From Bilabrum cf. latius (Eukaryota): 64,000 bases of DNA. The DNA lies in NCBI GenBank assembly GCA_965178125.1, contig OZ237737.1, positions 186,001-250,000 of the forward strand, read 5' to 3'. Below the pieces are notes generated by a model. The model did no database searches, was not told the origin of the DNA, and saw only the letters and a program-made list of their open reading frames with translations. Below are positions 39,248-51,092 of the stretch, piece after piece (position 1 is the stretch's first letter; each line of letters opens with the position of its first letter). Position numbers and translations under genes: made by a program.

Positions 39248-40373
39248 TTACTTCCCACCCTGGCTCCCAATGAGCCCACCAACTAGCCTCTGCACCCAAG
39301 CCGCCCCGCCCTCTTCTGCCGCCCTTGTACCGGCACTTGCCTCATCCCCCTGCCCCTGCCCCTCCCCCTCCCCGTGCGTCCTCACCTCAGGCCCAGCGCC
39401 CGTCATGGGCATCCCGCCCGTCCCCTGCTTCCTACCGTGCTTGTTCCTTGCCTGTCTCCGCTCCCTCCTCGCCGCGCCCCTCTCTTCAGACTCCCAGGGA
39501 TCCGGGGGGAGCCCATGCACGCGGATCCCGGGCAGCAGCCGCCTCAGGATCAGGTCGACGAGAGTGTAGATGAGACTCTAGAGAACCGCGGGGCAGTTCA
39601 GCATGAAGTGCAGTCCATAGACAGCCTTTCCAACCTCCTCCTTGCCCACCACCGCCCCGGCCGCGGGCAGAGACGCGTGCATGAGCCTGGCCAGCAGCTC
39701 CTCCCGGAACCCCCACATCTCCTCCTGGCTCCACGGGTCGCCGAACTTCATGAAATCGCCCCCTGGCCACAGCAGCTCGCGCACCAGGGCGAGATGGCCG
39801 CCCACCGAGTCTCCGGAGAGGGACCGCTTGTACCAGTCTCCCAGCTGGGCCGACATTGTTCCCTGGTACAGGAACACGCCTAGGGAGCGGACGGCGGACA
39901 CGGCGGAGCGCTTCAGCAGCCCCTGCTGCTCCACCTGCAGCACCGTGGACACGAGCCGGAATATTTTATTCTCCGCCACAGCGAGGTCGTGCGGGCTCAG
40001 GATTGGGCCCGGCCCGAACCGCGCCATGTCGGCCAGTCTCGTCCGAATCACCCTGGGAGTCGCTGCAGAGCCCGCCTCCACCACCCAGCTGGCAGAGTGC
40101 CCGTGCCCGCGGGGAGTTGCCGGCCCCCTCACCGCGCCCACGCTGGACGTACCGAGTGCTGCGCCGGCAGAGGCGGAGTGCTTGTGGTGCCCGAGGTGAC
40201 GAGCCGACCTGGCTTGTGCCCTGGCCAGCGCACTGCCACCCTGTGCGGCTCCTCCTCCTCCTCCTCCGCGGAATGACACGGTGTGGCGATGCTTCGACAG
40301 TGCCTGCTGCTTGTCCCCACCACCCAGCACACCCGCAGCACCTTCGCCGCCATCTCCATCTCCGGCTCCACCT

Positions 40374-40406
<33 letters not shown>

Positions 40407-43400
40407 GCATCAGATGCCCCAGCCAGCCCCCAGGCCAGTGCGCCCAGATCGCCCTCAGAGTCAGACCTAGGGGCCAAGAACCCGCGCATCTCGAAGGATT
40501 CCGCCACTCCGAACGTGCGCATGGCCTGCGTCAGCCATCTCCCCAGCGCTCTACCCCTCTCCTGCACAAACGCCGCACCGACACCCGACAGGATGGTCTT
40601 GGGCGGCAGCGTGGCGGTGTATCTCCGGAAAGACTTCTTGAGTAGCCCGTGGACAGCGTGGAACTCCCGGTACCGGACGAAGTTCGTCCACCTGAGCAGC
40701 CCGCTCATCACGTGCACCTCGTACCGCGCTATCTGCCTGACCACCCGCCCGCTCGGGTCGTGCCGCTCCTCGATGATGGGCGCACCCACGCCCGCAATCA
40801 GCGGCGCGGTCGGCTTGAGCAAGATGTGCCTCTGCGCGAGCGACTGCCGCGTGCTTCGACGGGCGGGGCACAGCTTCCGCTGCAGCACCGCACGCACTGC
40901 GACGTAAACAGGGTTGCGGAACCGATTCAAAGCATGCGCGGCGCCTCGAGGCGAGGACTTGTCCTGGAACCCGCCCCTGGAGCCAGCAGCTGCGGCCGTC
41001 CCGCCTGCAGCGACTGACTGCTCCTCCAGCATGCTGGGCGGCAACGGTGGCATGCTTCTCTCTGCGTCAAGCAGTGCCAGCCTCTGCTGGGGCGTTAGCA
41101 TGGGCGATGCGCCGGACCTGACCGGGCTGTAGCCTGCCGGAGATCCAGCTGATCCGCCCTATGCCCTGCCAATGGCCCCCGCGCCCACTCCTCCCCCCGC
41201 TGTGGCCATGGCAGAACGGGACACCTGCGCGTTACCCACAGCCCCTGCCGCCGAACTGCTCCCCATGAACATGAAGAGAGACCCCATCGTCCGTGCAATC
41301 CCTCGCGACTGAGCAGGATCGTCGCCAGGCTGCGCCACACCCAGCGCCACCAGGGTGTCGAAGGAGACGGCCGCGAGATGCCCCTCGGTCACCGGGGCAA
41401 CGGGCGGTCGTGGAAGACGTCTGCGCGTCCTGGGGCGACGCTGCATCCCCATAGCAGCCTCACCCTCCCCTGCTCCAGATCGGGTGCTAGTCTTTGTGTC
41501 CTCCCCTTCTTCTTCTTCTCCTTCTTCCTCACCCAGTGAGCTCATGCTCTCGTCTCTCAGCCTGCGCATTGCCTGAATGTCCTGCAGTATAGAGGCCTGC
41601 GCGCGGGTCGCTGCCCTGTCAGATACCACGGCTGACACGCGCTTGTATCGGCCACCTGACCGTCCACTGCTGGATTTGCCTTTCTTATGCTTCTTGTGCT
41701 TCTTGTGCTTGCTATCCTTGCTATCCTTGCTATCCTTGCTGTTGTGGCTGCCCGCATGTGGCTTGTCAGTTTGTGCAGATTCTGCCGTGCCTTCCGCTCC
41801 TCCATCGTCGGTAGACATGGTAGCAGTTGCGGCAGCGGCTGCCACCTGGGCCTCTGCTTCCGTGCCCGCACCTGCATCGTCCTCAGGAACGGCGGGTAGT
41901 GCCTCTACAGGCCTAGCAATCGTGTTGGTGCGCGATCTGGACTTGCGCGAAGGCATCCTGGGGCGAGATCGAAGACTGGCAGGCTCCGGAGACTGGGCTG
42001 CCCGAAGTGGGCCCGACAATTCCGTAGTGCCTTCCATTGAGCTTCGTGCGCCTGCCTCTTGCTCCGTCGCTTTGCCTTCGCCGGTCTCCACCTCCGCGTC
42101 GTCATCAAATAGGCTCAGGCCACCGAACAGGTCCATGTCAACGTCACCCTCGCTGGCTCCAGCCTAGGCACCAGCAGCGGGAGGGTCCATACCTGTGCTC
42201 CTACGGGATCCCGCTGCCTGTCTCTGCGCCCTCGCTGCCCTCTCTGTGGCTAGCTGCCCCGCATTACCCCCAAAGTAGTTGCCGTGCAGCATGTGACGGT
42301 AGAGGCCGGCCCCGGTGCCAGACCCCGTGCCGCCGTCGTCGTCGGTTGCACCTGCCATCCAAACGCCGACTTCCGCCCGAGCCGCGGCCGGTGCGTTCGA
42401 AGCAGTGGCCCCGCGCATCGTTTGAGAGGGGGCTGACTGCATGCGCACGAGCGGAGACCGCGCTGCACGTGAGCGAGTAGACCCACCGCTACAGCTGCCA
42501 CCGGCGCGCGCACTGCCATCCTACACCGCCGCCCCGTTGCTATCGCGGAGCCCCTGTCCCTGCGCGACCTGCTCCTGCTCCTGCTCCTGTCCCGCGCTCT
42601 GGTTTCCTTCCCCTATGGATCGCCTCGACCGCCGCAGGAGCTCTGCCATGGACCGCCGTCTCCTCGGCGACTTCCGTTTCTCGTCCACCTCGGGAGGGGG
42701 CGGGAGACTCAGACCCTCGAAAGAAGCCGCGCTAGAGCTAGCCTCCCCGGATTGTCCGACCCCCCCTGGTGATGCCAGAACAACAGACAGGTTAGGCTTT
42801 GTTGCAGCTGAAGGCTCCGGTCGTCCTGTCGATTCTCCGTCACTCACCGAGGCCCCAGTCATTGGCGCTGCATCGCCTGTACCGGTGGTACTGGTGCTCT
42901 AAGCCGGCACATCCTCCTCGTGCAGTCGTGCAACGCCGGCGTCGATTCTGATTTCGGCATCGTCCCTCGGCTTGGTGCTGTCTACATTACTATTGCCCTT
43001 GGCTTCGTCCTCGTCCTTCACCTCTGTTGGACTCGCCCCGCCAACGAGCGCATCCACAGCCGCTTCCACCTGCACTCGACGGCTGGAGTCTTCCAGCGCC
43101 GCTTGACGCACCGCAGCCACAGCTTCAGTGGGCGCACTCGGGCCCGCAGAGACCAACGTCCTTGCAGCTGTGCCAGACGCAGCGGCATCGGTTGCGGGCG
43201 AGCTTACTTCGTGCTGCTTCTCATTGGTGGCTGGCCTCGCAGATGAGCTACCCGTACCCGTGGTGGGGATACTAGATGCGGAGGCATCTGCAGCCTCTTG
43301 TACGCCAGCAGATGCTGCAGTGGATGCTGGCACAGACTTGCCCCGGATTTCTGTCTGTCGTGGCGACTGTGCAGATCCGCGCCGCCCTGACACCTCGCAT

Positions 43401-45103
43401 TCAGCTGACGCAGCGGCAAATCGGTTGCCGTTCGCAGACTGCCGCTCGCCGTCCCGGATTCCGTGTGTCCCACCCTCCGCCGGTGCTGCCATCGCCGCTG
43501 AGGGCGGACCTCTGGCCGAGCTTGGGGTGCTTACGCTCGACCCCGGTTGCTCGGTCTGCTTGCCCTGCGGCTCCGCCTGCTTGCCGGAGTCATCGCTCCC
43601 AGTCGTGCCCTGGCCGATCCCTGCCGCCTTGAGCGAGTAGAGCAAGAGCCATGCCACCATCGAGGGATCCAGACTTGCGAGCCCGGGCTGCGCCACGCAC
43701 GACACGATGACCTCCCTCAGCAACAGCCCAAGCGCCGGCGACTCCTGCTCCTGGGGGGGCACGAGTCGGTGCATCAGCTGCGAGATGACGGGCCGTAGGT
43801 ATGCGTTGGCTGTCCTGGCTGCTTGCTTCATGCTGCGGTCCCCCGAGGCCTGAGGATATGCCTCGGACCCGATCACGCCCCTCAGGTGCGCCTGCTTGGT
43901 GGATGACAGGTCCACCGCGGGGTGCAGCACGCCCTTGGCAGCCTTGAACTCTCCGAGCACAAGCTCGATCTGCTTGGTCTCTTGCTTGCGGAAGGTGTCG
44001 CTGTCCCCGACCCGCACACCAACGCCCGCACCACCTGTCGGCTGAGAGTGCGTCTCGGATCCAGCAGCAGTGGCGGAAGCAGCCCCAGCGGTCGAAGCGC
44101 CGGCATGGCTTGATTTCGATGATGGCATTCCGCCAAGATCGCTGCTACCGCGTCTGCTGTCCGCTCCATCGTCCACCGCACGTGTCTCCTGGCCCCTGCC
44201 AGCTCCAGAAGTAGGTCCACCTGCCGACTTACCCTGCCCCTCATCCTTGCCCTGCGGCCCCGGCCCCTGCGATCCGCCACTACTTGTGATGCCACCGCCC
44301 GCTGCCGCCGCCAGCCTGGCTCCCCTCAGAGCCGCCCTGGCAGCGTAGTCTTCTGGCCGCACGCGGGAAAAGGTGGATCTATTTCGAGCAGATGCTCGCT
44401 GACGCATGATTTCGGTCCACCTGAGGTGGTAGGCCACCGCGTCCACCACGTCGTGCAGCAAGAGAGCGGGCACGGGGAAGTCCGTCGACATCTGACCAAG
44501 GCGACCTAGCACGTGAGTGAGCATGGTCGCGACGTGGAATCTGAACTCTTGGTCCACAGATATATTGCCATTGTACCAAAAGTCCACAAAATCTCGCAGA
44601 ATAAACTCCACGATGCGGCCAAGCTCCACTGCGACTTTCTGGGGCATGTCGAATCTCTGCGATAGCATTTCGGCTGGAATATCCGGCACAGGCACCGGCC
44701 TGCCGTCGCCGTCACGATTTGCTCGAATCGATCCGGGCGGTGGTACCCCGAGGTTGCCGAGGCTGGCACTACCAGACGCCCGAGGGGCGCTTTCACTAAG
44801 CTTGGCCCGCACGTTTGCAAGGGCTTGAGACAGCATTCGAGACTCTACCTCGTCCGATAGCAGTGCAGTAGACGTTAACCTCAACTAATTGCTAGATTTT
44901 GAGCTTGATTTTGCTCCGTCATCGACCAGATCCTCCAGAAATTCTCGATAATGCTTGTAGCGGAGCCTTGTAACCATTCTGTTCCACATACCAGACCCTG
45001 CCTCGTAGGCCAGGAAAGCTACAACCACAGCACATACAAACGCAATCACGTAGTACAGTAATCCATATATCGTGTACAAAAGCCATCCAGCTAGGCCCCA
45101 CAT
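39248..45103 (-). CDS. PXA-PX-PXC sorting nexin (SNX13/14/25, Mdm1-like), ~1950 aa
   Basis: N-terminal TM, PXA (FILRDFVDFWY..IS.D.EF; LLLREVIVSCV), PX (RYREFHAVH..LK...LPPK), Nexin_C (LLWPGG; LIYTLVDLILRRLLP). Seven ORFs fuse in one frame across six TAGs (44885, 42899, 42521, 42164, 41159, 39578). TAA at 39248. Confidence 0.85.
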
Positions 45104-45235
45104 CCTACAGTTTCCCTTGGCGAGTTTTCGTGTTGCTCTTTGTAAGGTGTTAACCAAGAAATCAAGAGTGTGGCGACCTGTCGTCCGGCCAATCAAGTGG
45201 GTCTGTGCCTTGGTTAGAGCTCCTGGTAGGCTACA

Positions 45236-47087
45236 ATGGACGCCAAGACGAGAGAATATGCTGTAGCAGCTGCTGCAGGGGCAGGTCTTGTGTTAGGAAG
45301 CGTTTGGCTGGGTGTCCAGGTCGGCAAGCAACTCGCAAAATCTGAAGCTGCAACTGCAGGACCAGCCGATGCGACAGCGGCAAGCAGCAGCCGATCGGTC
45401 TCGTTCAGAGATGCTTCATATGCGTAGACACCCCCCAGGGCAGTAAAGTAGTCCGCGACCAGCGATGTGAAGCGGGGCTTCCGCGGCGGCGCAACGTCAC
45501 CCATGATGCGCGGCTTCGGCACGATAGGCGTATTCGAAGAGGGCAGCAACTCCAACTTGGTCATAGGACCACCTGCCTTTGATCTTGACGGGAAAGCCGG
45601 CTAGGCTGGGGATGATGAGGGGCTAGAAGGCTCCCCAGGGCCCGGCGGGGCCGCGCTGGGCGAGGGCACCGGCTCAACAAGCGTGGTGCGCAAGGGCAGC
45701 CTGGACGGGCCCGTGCTGCACCCGCAGGAAGGTGCAGCGGGTGATATTGCTTCCTCAGGGGACGGCGTTGCCAGCCGCACGCTGCAGCAGAAGCTCGAGG
45801 ATGCGGTGGGCAGCAACCCTCAGTGCGTGCGGCCCATCATCATCGTGGTAGGGGGCGCCAGCGGCAGCGGCAAGACCACCATCGCGCAGGAACTCTAGAA
45901 GCACCTGCCGCACCACAAGGTAGACAGCATCAGCCAAGACTCGTACTACCGCTCCCTGCCCGAGGGAACAGACGCCAGCACGTACAACTTCGACCACCCC
46001 GAGGCGATCGACTTCGACCTGGTGGTGCAGCACCTCAAAGACCTCGCCAAGGGCAGGGACGTGGAGGTGCCCAAGTACGATTTCACCACGCACAAGAGGC
46101 TGGAGGGCACCCGCCTCGTCTCGAAGCCCTCTGTGGTCATCCTGGACGGAATCTTCACGCTGTCCATCCCTAGCGTCAGGAGGAACTGCGACCTCACCGT
46201 GTTCACGCTGGAGGACCTCGACATTTGCCTGGCTAGGAGGCTGAGAAGGGATCTGCAGGAGAGAGGCAGGGACGTAGACAGCGTGCTTAGGCAGTACCAC
46301 CGGTTCGTGAAGCCGGGCTACCACACGTTCATCGCCCCCAGCATGCGGGAAGCCGACCTGATCATCCCGAGGTGTGAGTATGTGTGTAACAGCCCAATGG
46401 GCATCGATCGATCGACCCCCAATTCTGTTGAGAATGCAGTGATGCCGTCTTGGGTTTCCTGCGCTGCAAAGCTCCCGGGGAAGCATCTGTATCCACACCT
46501 GTCGTGCCCTCCCCTACCCACCCACCCCCGTCCGCTGCCCTCGATGACCCCCGCTCTTTGATGACCCTGCCCCTTTCCACCCCCGTGGTCCCACCCACCT
46601 CGCAGCGCGGGACAACAAGCGGGCCATCCAGATGCTGGCCCGAGACATTGCCACGCAGGTACGGAACCTCGAGCGAAAGTTCCGCCGCCTGCTTGCAGGT
46701 GGAAGCACCAGCGACATTCAATCGGTGGGCAGCGGCAGCATCGAGCACGGCAGGTCGAGCGGGAGGCACCCAGGATCCATGGCGGTAGGGGGGAGCGCAG
46801 CCGCCGCCACCCCGCCCGAGGGAGAGATGGAGTCTTTGTTGGTGAAAGGTAGTCGGACTGGTTCTGCTGCAGGGGTCGGGATGGAGGAAGGCGGGCCAGA
46901 GGGGGAGTAGGCCACTGGAGCTGCTACCGGTGGTGCTGGAGCTGGCGATTCGGTAGGCGACCAGACCCCTCGGCTGGATCTGGATGAGGAGACACTCCGG
47001 GGCGATGACCCCAGGCTGGATGCGCCCCAGCGGCCTGTCAGGAAGGAGAGCGACGCTTTGGACATCTCTGACATGAAGCAGGGGTGA
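45236..47087 (+). CDS. UCK: Uridine-cytidine kinase with N-terminal hydrophobic anchor
   Basis: GGASGSGKTT, ISQDSYY, YNFDHPEAIDF, VPKYDFTTH, LARRLRRD.QERGRD, QY.RFVKP, ADLIIPR. Intron 46374-46605. TAGs at 45425, 45449, 45602, 45896 and 46908; TGA at 47085. Confidence 0.9.
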
Positions 47088-47426
47088 TGCGACTAGATCT
47101 ATTCTAGCGTGCAGGCTCATACAAGTCTAGCCAGGGATGCTGCGTAGCATGGTGGCTCCAGGCGGTGGCTTGCAAGGAGATGTGAGGGGTGTGAGGGGTG
47201 TTTCGAGACAGGGTGCGTGCACCCATGGGTGGCTTTTGCTTGATTTAAGCGGAGCTTATGCAACAGCAATGAATTCATTTCTTAGGTCGGTGAGGAGCAA
47301 ACCAGCAGCAAAATCCATGGGGGCACCCCATTGCTCATCAATCACCACCACACGCACAGCGGCGCGCATCCTACTGCTCACAGTAATAGTATACCACCAC
47401 ACGCACAGCGGCGCGCCTCCGACTGC

Positions 47427-48533
47427 TCACAGTCTAGCCCCTTTCGCTAGAGAGCCTGACGATGCCCCGACGCCCGCCCCGCCTGCAGTACCCGCAGTAG
47501 ACTACCCCTCCCTCCCCTCTGCTCCCTCAGCTCGCGCCTCTGTTCCCTCACCGGCAGCCTTCTCGCGCCGGGGCAGATCCACCACGATGGGCGGCTACGA
47601 AGGGACGTATCGCAGGGTGCAGGTCGACGCGTTGATGTACGCGACTCGGCCTGGACCCACGCGAGCCTCTTCACTCGTCACATCCGCATCATCGCTCGTC
47701 ATACCCTCTGCTCCCGACAGCGGGCCGCTGGCAGTGACGCCGTAGCCCTCGTGTATGTGCCCAAAGGCAGATATGAGAGGCCTTATCCTCCCCTCGATCT
47801 CTTTGAGCAAGTCCACGTCTCCCGTGAGCATCCCTTGCGATGTTTTGTCCCCGTGTCCCACGGGTGGCCCGTGTGTGAGCAGAATATCCGTGTCATCAGG
47901 AATGGTGCCGTACAGCGCCTTTGCAGGGTCCCCTCTTTCCAAGTTGAATGCCCAATCATAGAAAAAAGCGCTCTCCGGTGATCCGAAGAACTTGTATCCC
48001 ATGACGGTCACGCTTTCGTTGTTGAGGTAGTGGATGCGGGCGCGCTTTGCAGCTTCGGACCGCAGCAGCTGCTCCGTGTCTGCGACGTTGACCTTCCCCC
48101 ACATCACCCTCGGCATGAACCGCTTCTTCCGGTCGTCGAAGCCGTTCTTATCCAGCGATATGTCATGGTTGCCTGCGATCACAACTACGGCTTCGGGTTT
48201 GCAAGGCAGCGCCGCGGCCCAATCGACGAACGATTCGATCTGGTCCGGCTCGCCGACGTTGGTGAGGTCACCACAGTGCACCAGAATGTCCGTATCCATT
48301 GGAATAGACTCTGGTACTATTTTTCCGTGCATGCCATGCGTGTCTGAGATGAATGCTAGTCTGACGCACTCCTTCGGCTTGGCCCCCCTCCTCGTTCTCG
48401 GGTCCCATGTTGAGGTGCCTTTGAGCGGCACGCAAGAAAACTGGCCCTACTTTTCCCACCATGCCCCTGGGTCTTTGGTATCCAATCGACTTGTTGACCG
48501 AGTCCCGGTCTCGCTCGAACCCACAGATGCCAT
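47427..48533 (-). CDS. Metallophosphoesterase, MPPED1/2 (239FB)-like
   Basis: ISDTH, HCGDLT, IAGNHD, LLTHGPP.GHGD, FGHIHEGYG, YINASTC...[TAG]PPIVVDLP. TAGs at 48447, 47595 and 47502; TGA at 47427. Confidence 0.9.
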
Positions 48534-48792
48534 TGTTCTGATGCGAAACCCTACGCCTGCAGCTCAAACAGACTGCCTTCGCTTCGCGATCAAAGAAACA
48601 GAAATCAATGCAGCCAAGGTAGTCACTCTAGACTATATTGTGTCTTAATGCGACCTGTGCGGCACTAGTCAAATCTAATTATGCATTTTCTTGGACTTGC
48701 CTTCGGCGATTCGGAATGTTGCCTTGTTGACCGTAGGTAAACAGACCCAGCCAGCAGACGCAGGTGCTTCAGATAAGGTCGTGCCCCACCCG

Positions 48793-50988
48793 ATGCACCA
48801 GGTTTTATTTCGTGTGAGAGCTCGATGGGGTCTTCGCCATGCGTATAAATTGGCACAGGCTGGGGCCACGCGTGGAACAACGTCACCGTGGCACCTGTAG
48901 ATGAGACCCTTTGGTCGTGCCGCCCCGATGGAAGCTCGCAAGCCGCGAAGTAGAGCTGCGGGTGATTCCACAGATGGCGGCAGGACCGTTGAAGCTGAAA
49001 TATAGGGGGAGCACCCAACAACCTTGTAGTCTGCCGACCAGTTCGCTGAGGCACTCCTTCAGGAGAGCTGCAGCAGACTGGCGCTCTTAAAATCATCAGA
49101 AAATAAGCCATTCTTGCCAACAGCTGCAGTTGGCAAACCCATAGTAGATGCTATGTCAAATCGAGGGAGTGGCAACCGCGTCTCGCTAGCATTCGACAGA
49201 CGCCACCACAAGGCGATTTTTTTGGAGCGCGGCAGCCGAACTGGTGTTCTGTTATGTGCATCTATATGGGGTGGAGCTAGAGGCTAGGCTGCTGCCCCGG
49301 TTCAATTTGCATCCGGCAGCCGAGCTGGTGCGGCAGAGGTCGAGCAGCGGCCTGCTGGCAGCGGGTGGTCTGGCCTCGTGTCGGGGCAAGCGTCTGCTGA
49401 GTCCTCGCCGCCTCCCTCCGTGGAAGACGTCGTGGGCGAATCCTTAGAGCTGTCTCGGGCGATGGGGAGCGCAACAGCGGCGATGGGGTTATGGAGGAGC
49501 GGCGGGGCTGTCGTGATCGGGGCAGACAGCACCTTCGGCTTGGAGCATGCCCATGCCGACGGGGCAGGTGCCTCGTCAGGGAACACAGGCACAGACTCAA
49601 ACAGCACGCACGGCCCTGATGGACTGACCCTTCCCGCGGTGGGTCTGTCCCCAACCGGGGACTCTCAGGGGTTCGGGAGGCAAGCAAGGGTGAAGCGGGC
49701 CTCCCAGCGGAGGACGGACCTCATGCTGGACGTGGCCGACTTCATTGGGGGCCTCCGGGGTGTTGTGGTGGCCACCGGGTGCGGTGGTGGCATGACTGCG
49801 GAGGACAGCGACGTGCTCTCTGCGGCGTGCGCCTTCTCCACCGGTCTGGGCCGGTCCGCCGCGGGCTGCGAGAGGGCGCTGGGGAGGGAGGACCTGGCGG
49901 TTGCAACCGCTGCGGGGACTGTCAGTGCGCTGCAGTCTGCGGTCCACGTGGCTACTGGCGTGCTCAGCGGTGCGAGCCACCTTGGGGAACAACGATAGGG
50001 GAAGTGGCAAGGTGGGGCTGCTTCTAGAATCCGTGCGCCCACGGCCGGTGAGGCAGCGGAGCTCCATGCGAGCGGAAGGGTCCCTGTCAGCCCGCTTCGG
50101 GGCCTGGAAGCTACCGTGGTGGGCGCTGGGTTCGTGGGGCGAGCGGTCACTCAGATGCTGCTGGAGCTGGGAATCGCGCGAGTGAAGCTGGCAGAGCGAT
50201 CGAGGGGCGCCGTAGCGCGGGCGAGGCACGCGCTGGCAGACGGCAGGGTCGAGATAGAGCACGCAGAAGGGCACGAGCTGCTCGGGCTGGACTCGGAGCT
50301 ACTAATCCCGTGCGGGCACGGGCCGCTGGTCACCCCCGCGAACGCGGGGACTGTCGGCGCGCGCATCGTGTGCGGGCCCCAGCTGGGCGCGATCTAGCAG
50401 CCTACCGTGGTGTCGCGGGCCCTGGCGAGCAGAGGACGGTTCGTTGTGCCAGCAGAGGTGGCGGGTAGGGCCGCGCTTGGGGCGCAGCTGGCGGAGACCG
50501 ACGGCATCTTGGCTGCTGCGCTTACGGACGACCCGAGAGTGGCGTTGCAGCTGGCGGCAGGCAGCGACGCGGGCATACCCTCAACGACGGAAAGACTGCT
50601 AGAGCCCGACTCCACGGCAGGGCGGTGGCGGACGGGCGACGGGTATGGCGCGCTGGTACACGGTCTAGAGGACACAGAGACGCCGGGAGAGTCGCATCCC
50701 ATGCTAGGAGGGGGCCACATGACCGCGCTGCTCGCCACTCTGCTGGAGGACGGGTGGCACAAGGGTAGCTAGCGTGACCAGGCGAATGCACGGGCAAAGC
50801 GACTGGACTAGCGGCTGGAGCGTGGCACGGGTCTGGACGCACATGGGCGGTGGCTGCAGTCGGTTGTGTACGGGGGCTGGAAACCGGGGGACAAGGCGCC
50901 TATCCGCAACTCGATCGGGCGGGGCAAGCTCCCCAAGAGCGTGGTGCGGCACAGAAGGCCTGAGCACACCGATGAGCAGGACTGGTGA
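48793..50988 (+). CDS. Divergent Leu/Phe/Val dehydrogenase-like protein, probably mitochondrial
   Basis: One frame across 8 TAGs to TGA 50986. Recognisable segments SLELSRAM..., DFIGGLRG.VVA...GGMTAED, VVGAGFVG (Rossmann), SELLIPCGHGPLV...ARIVCG. Arg-rich N-terminus. Confidence 0.65.
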
Positions 50989-51092
50989 TCGCAAGCTTCG
51001 TGAAATGCATAGGAGCAGATTGCTACCCGTAGATTGAGTAGTGACGCGCAGTAATGGGCTTTAGTGTAATACAGTATGCGAAAGGTAACATT

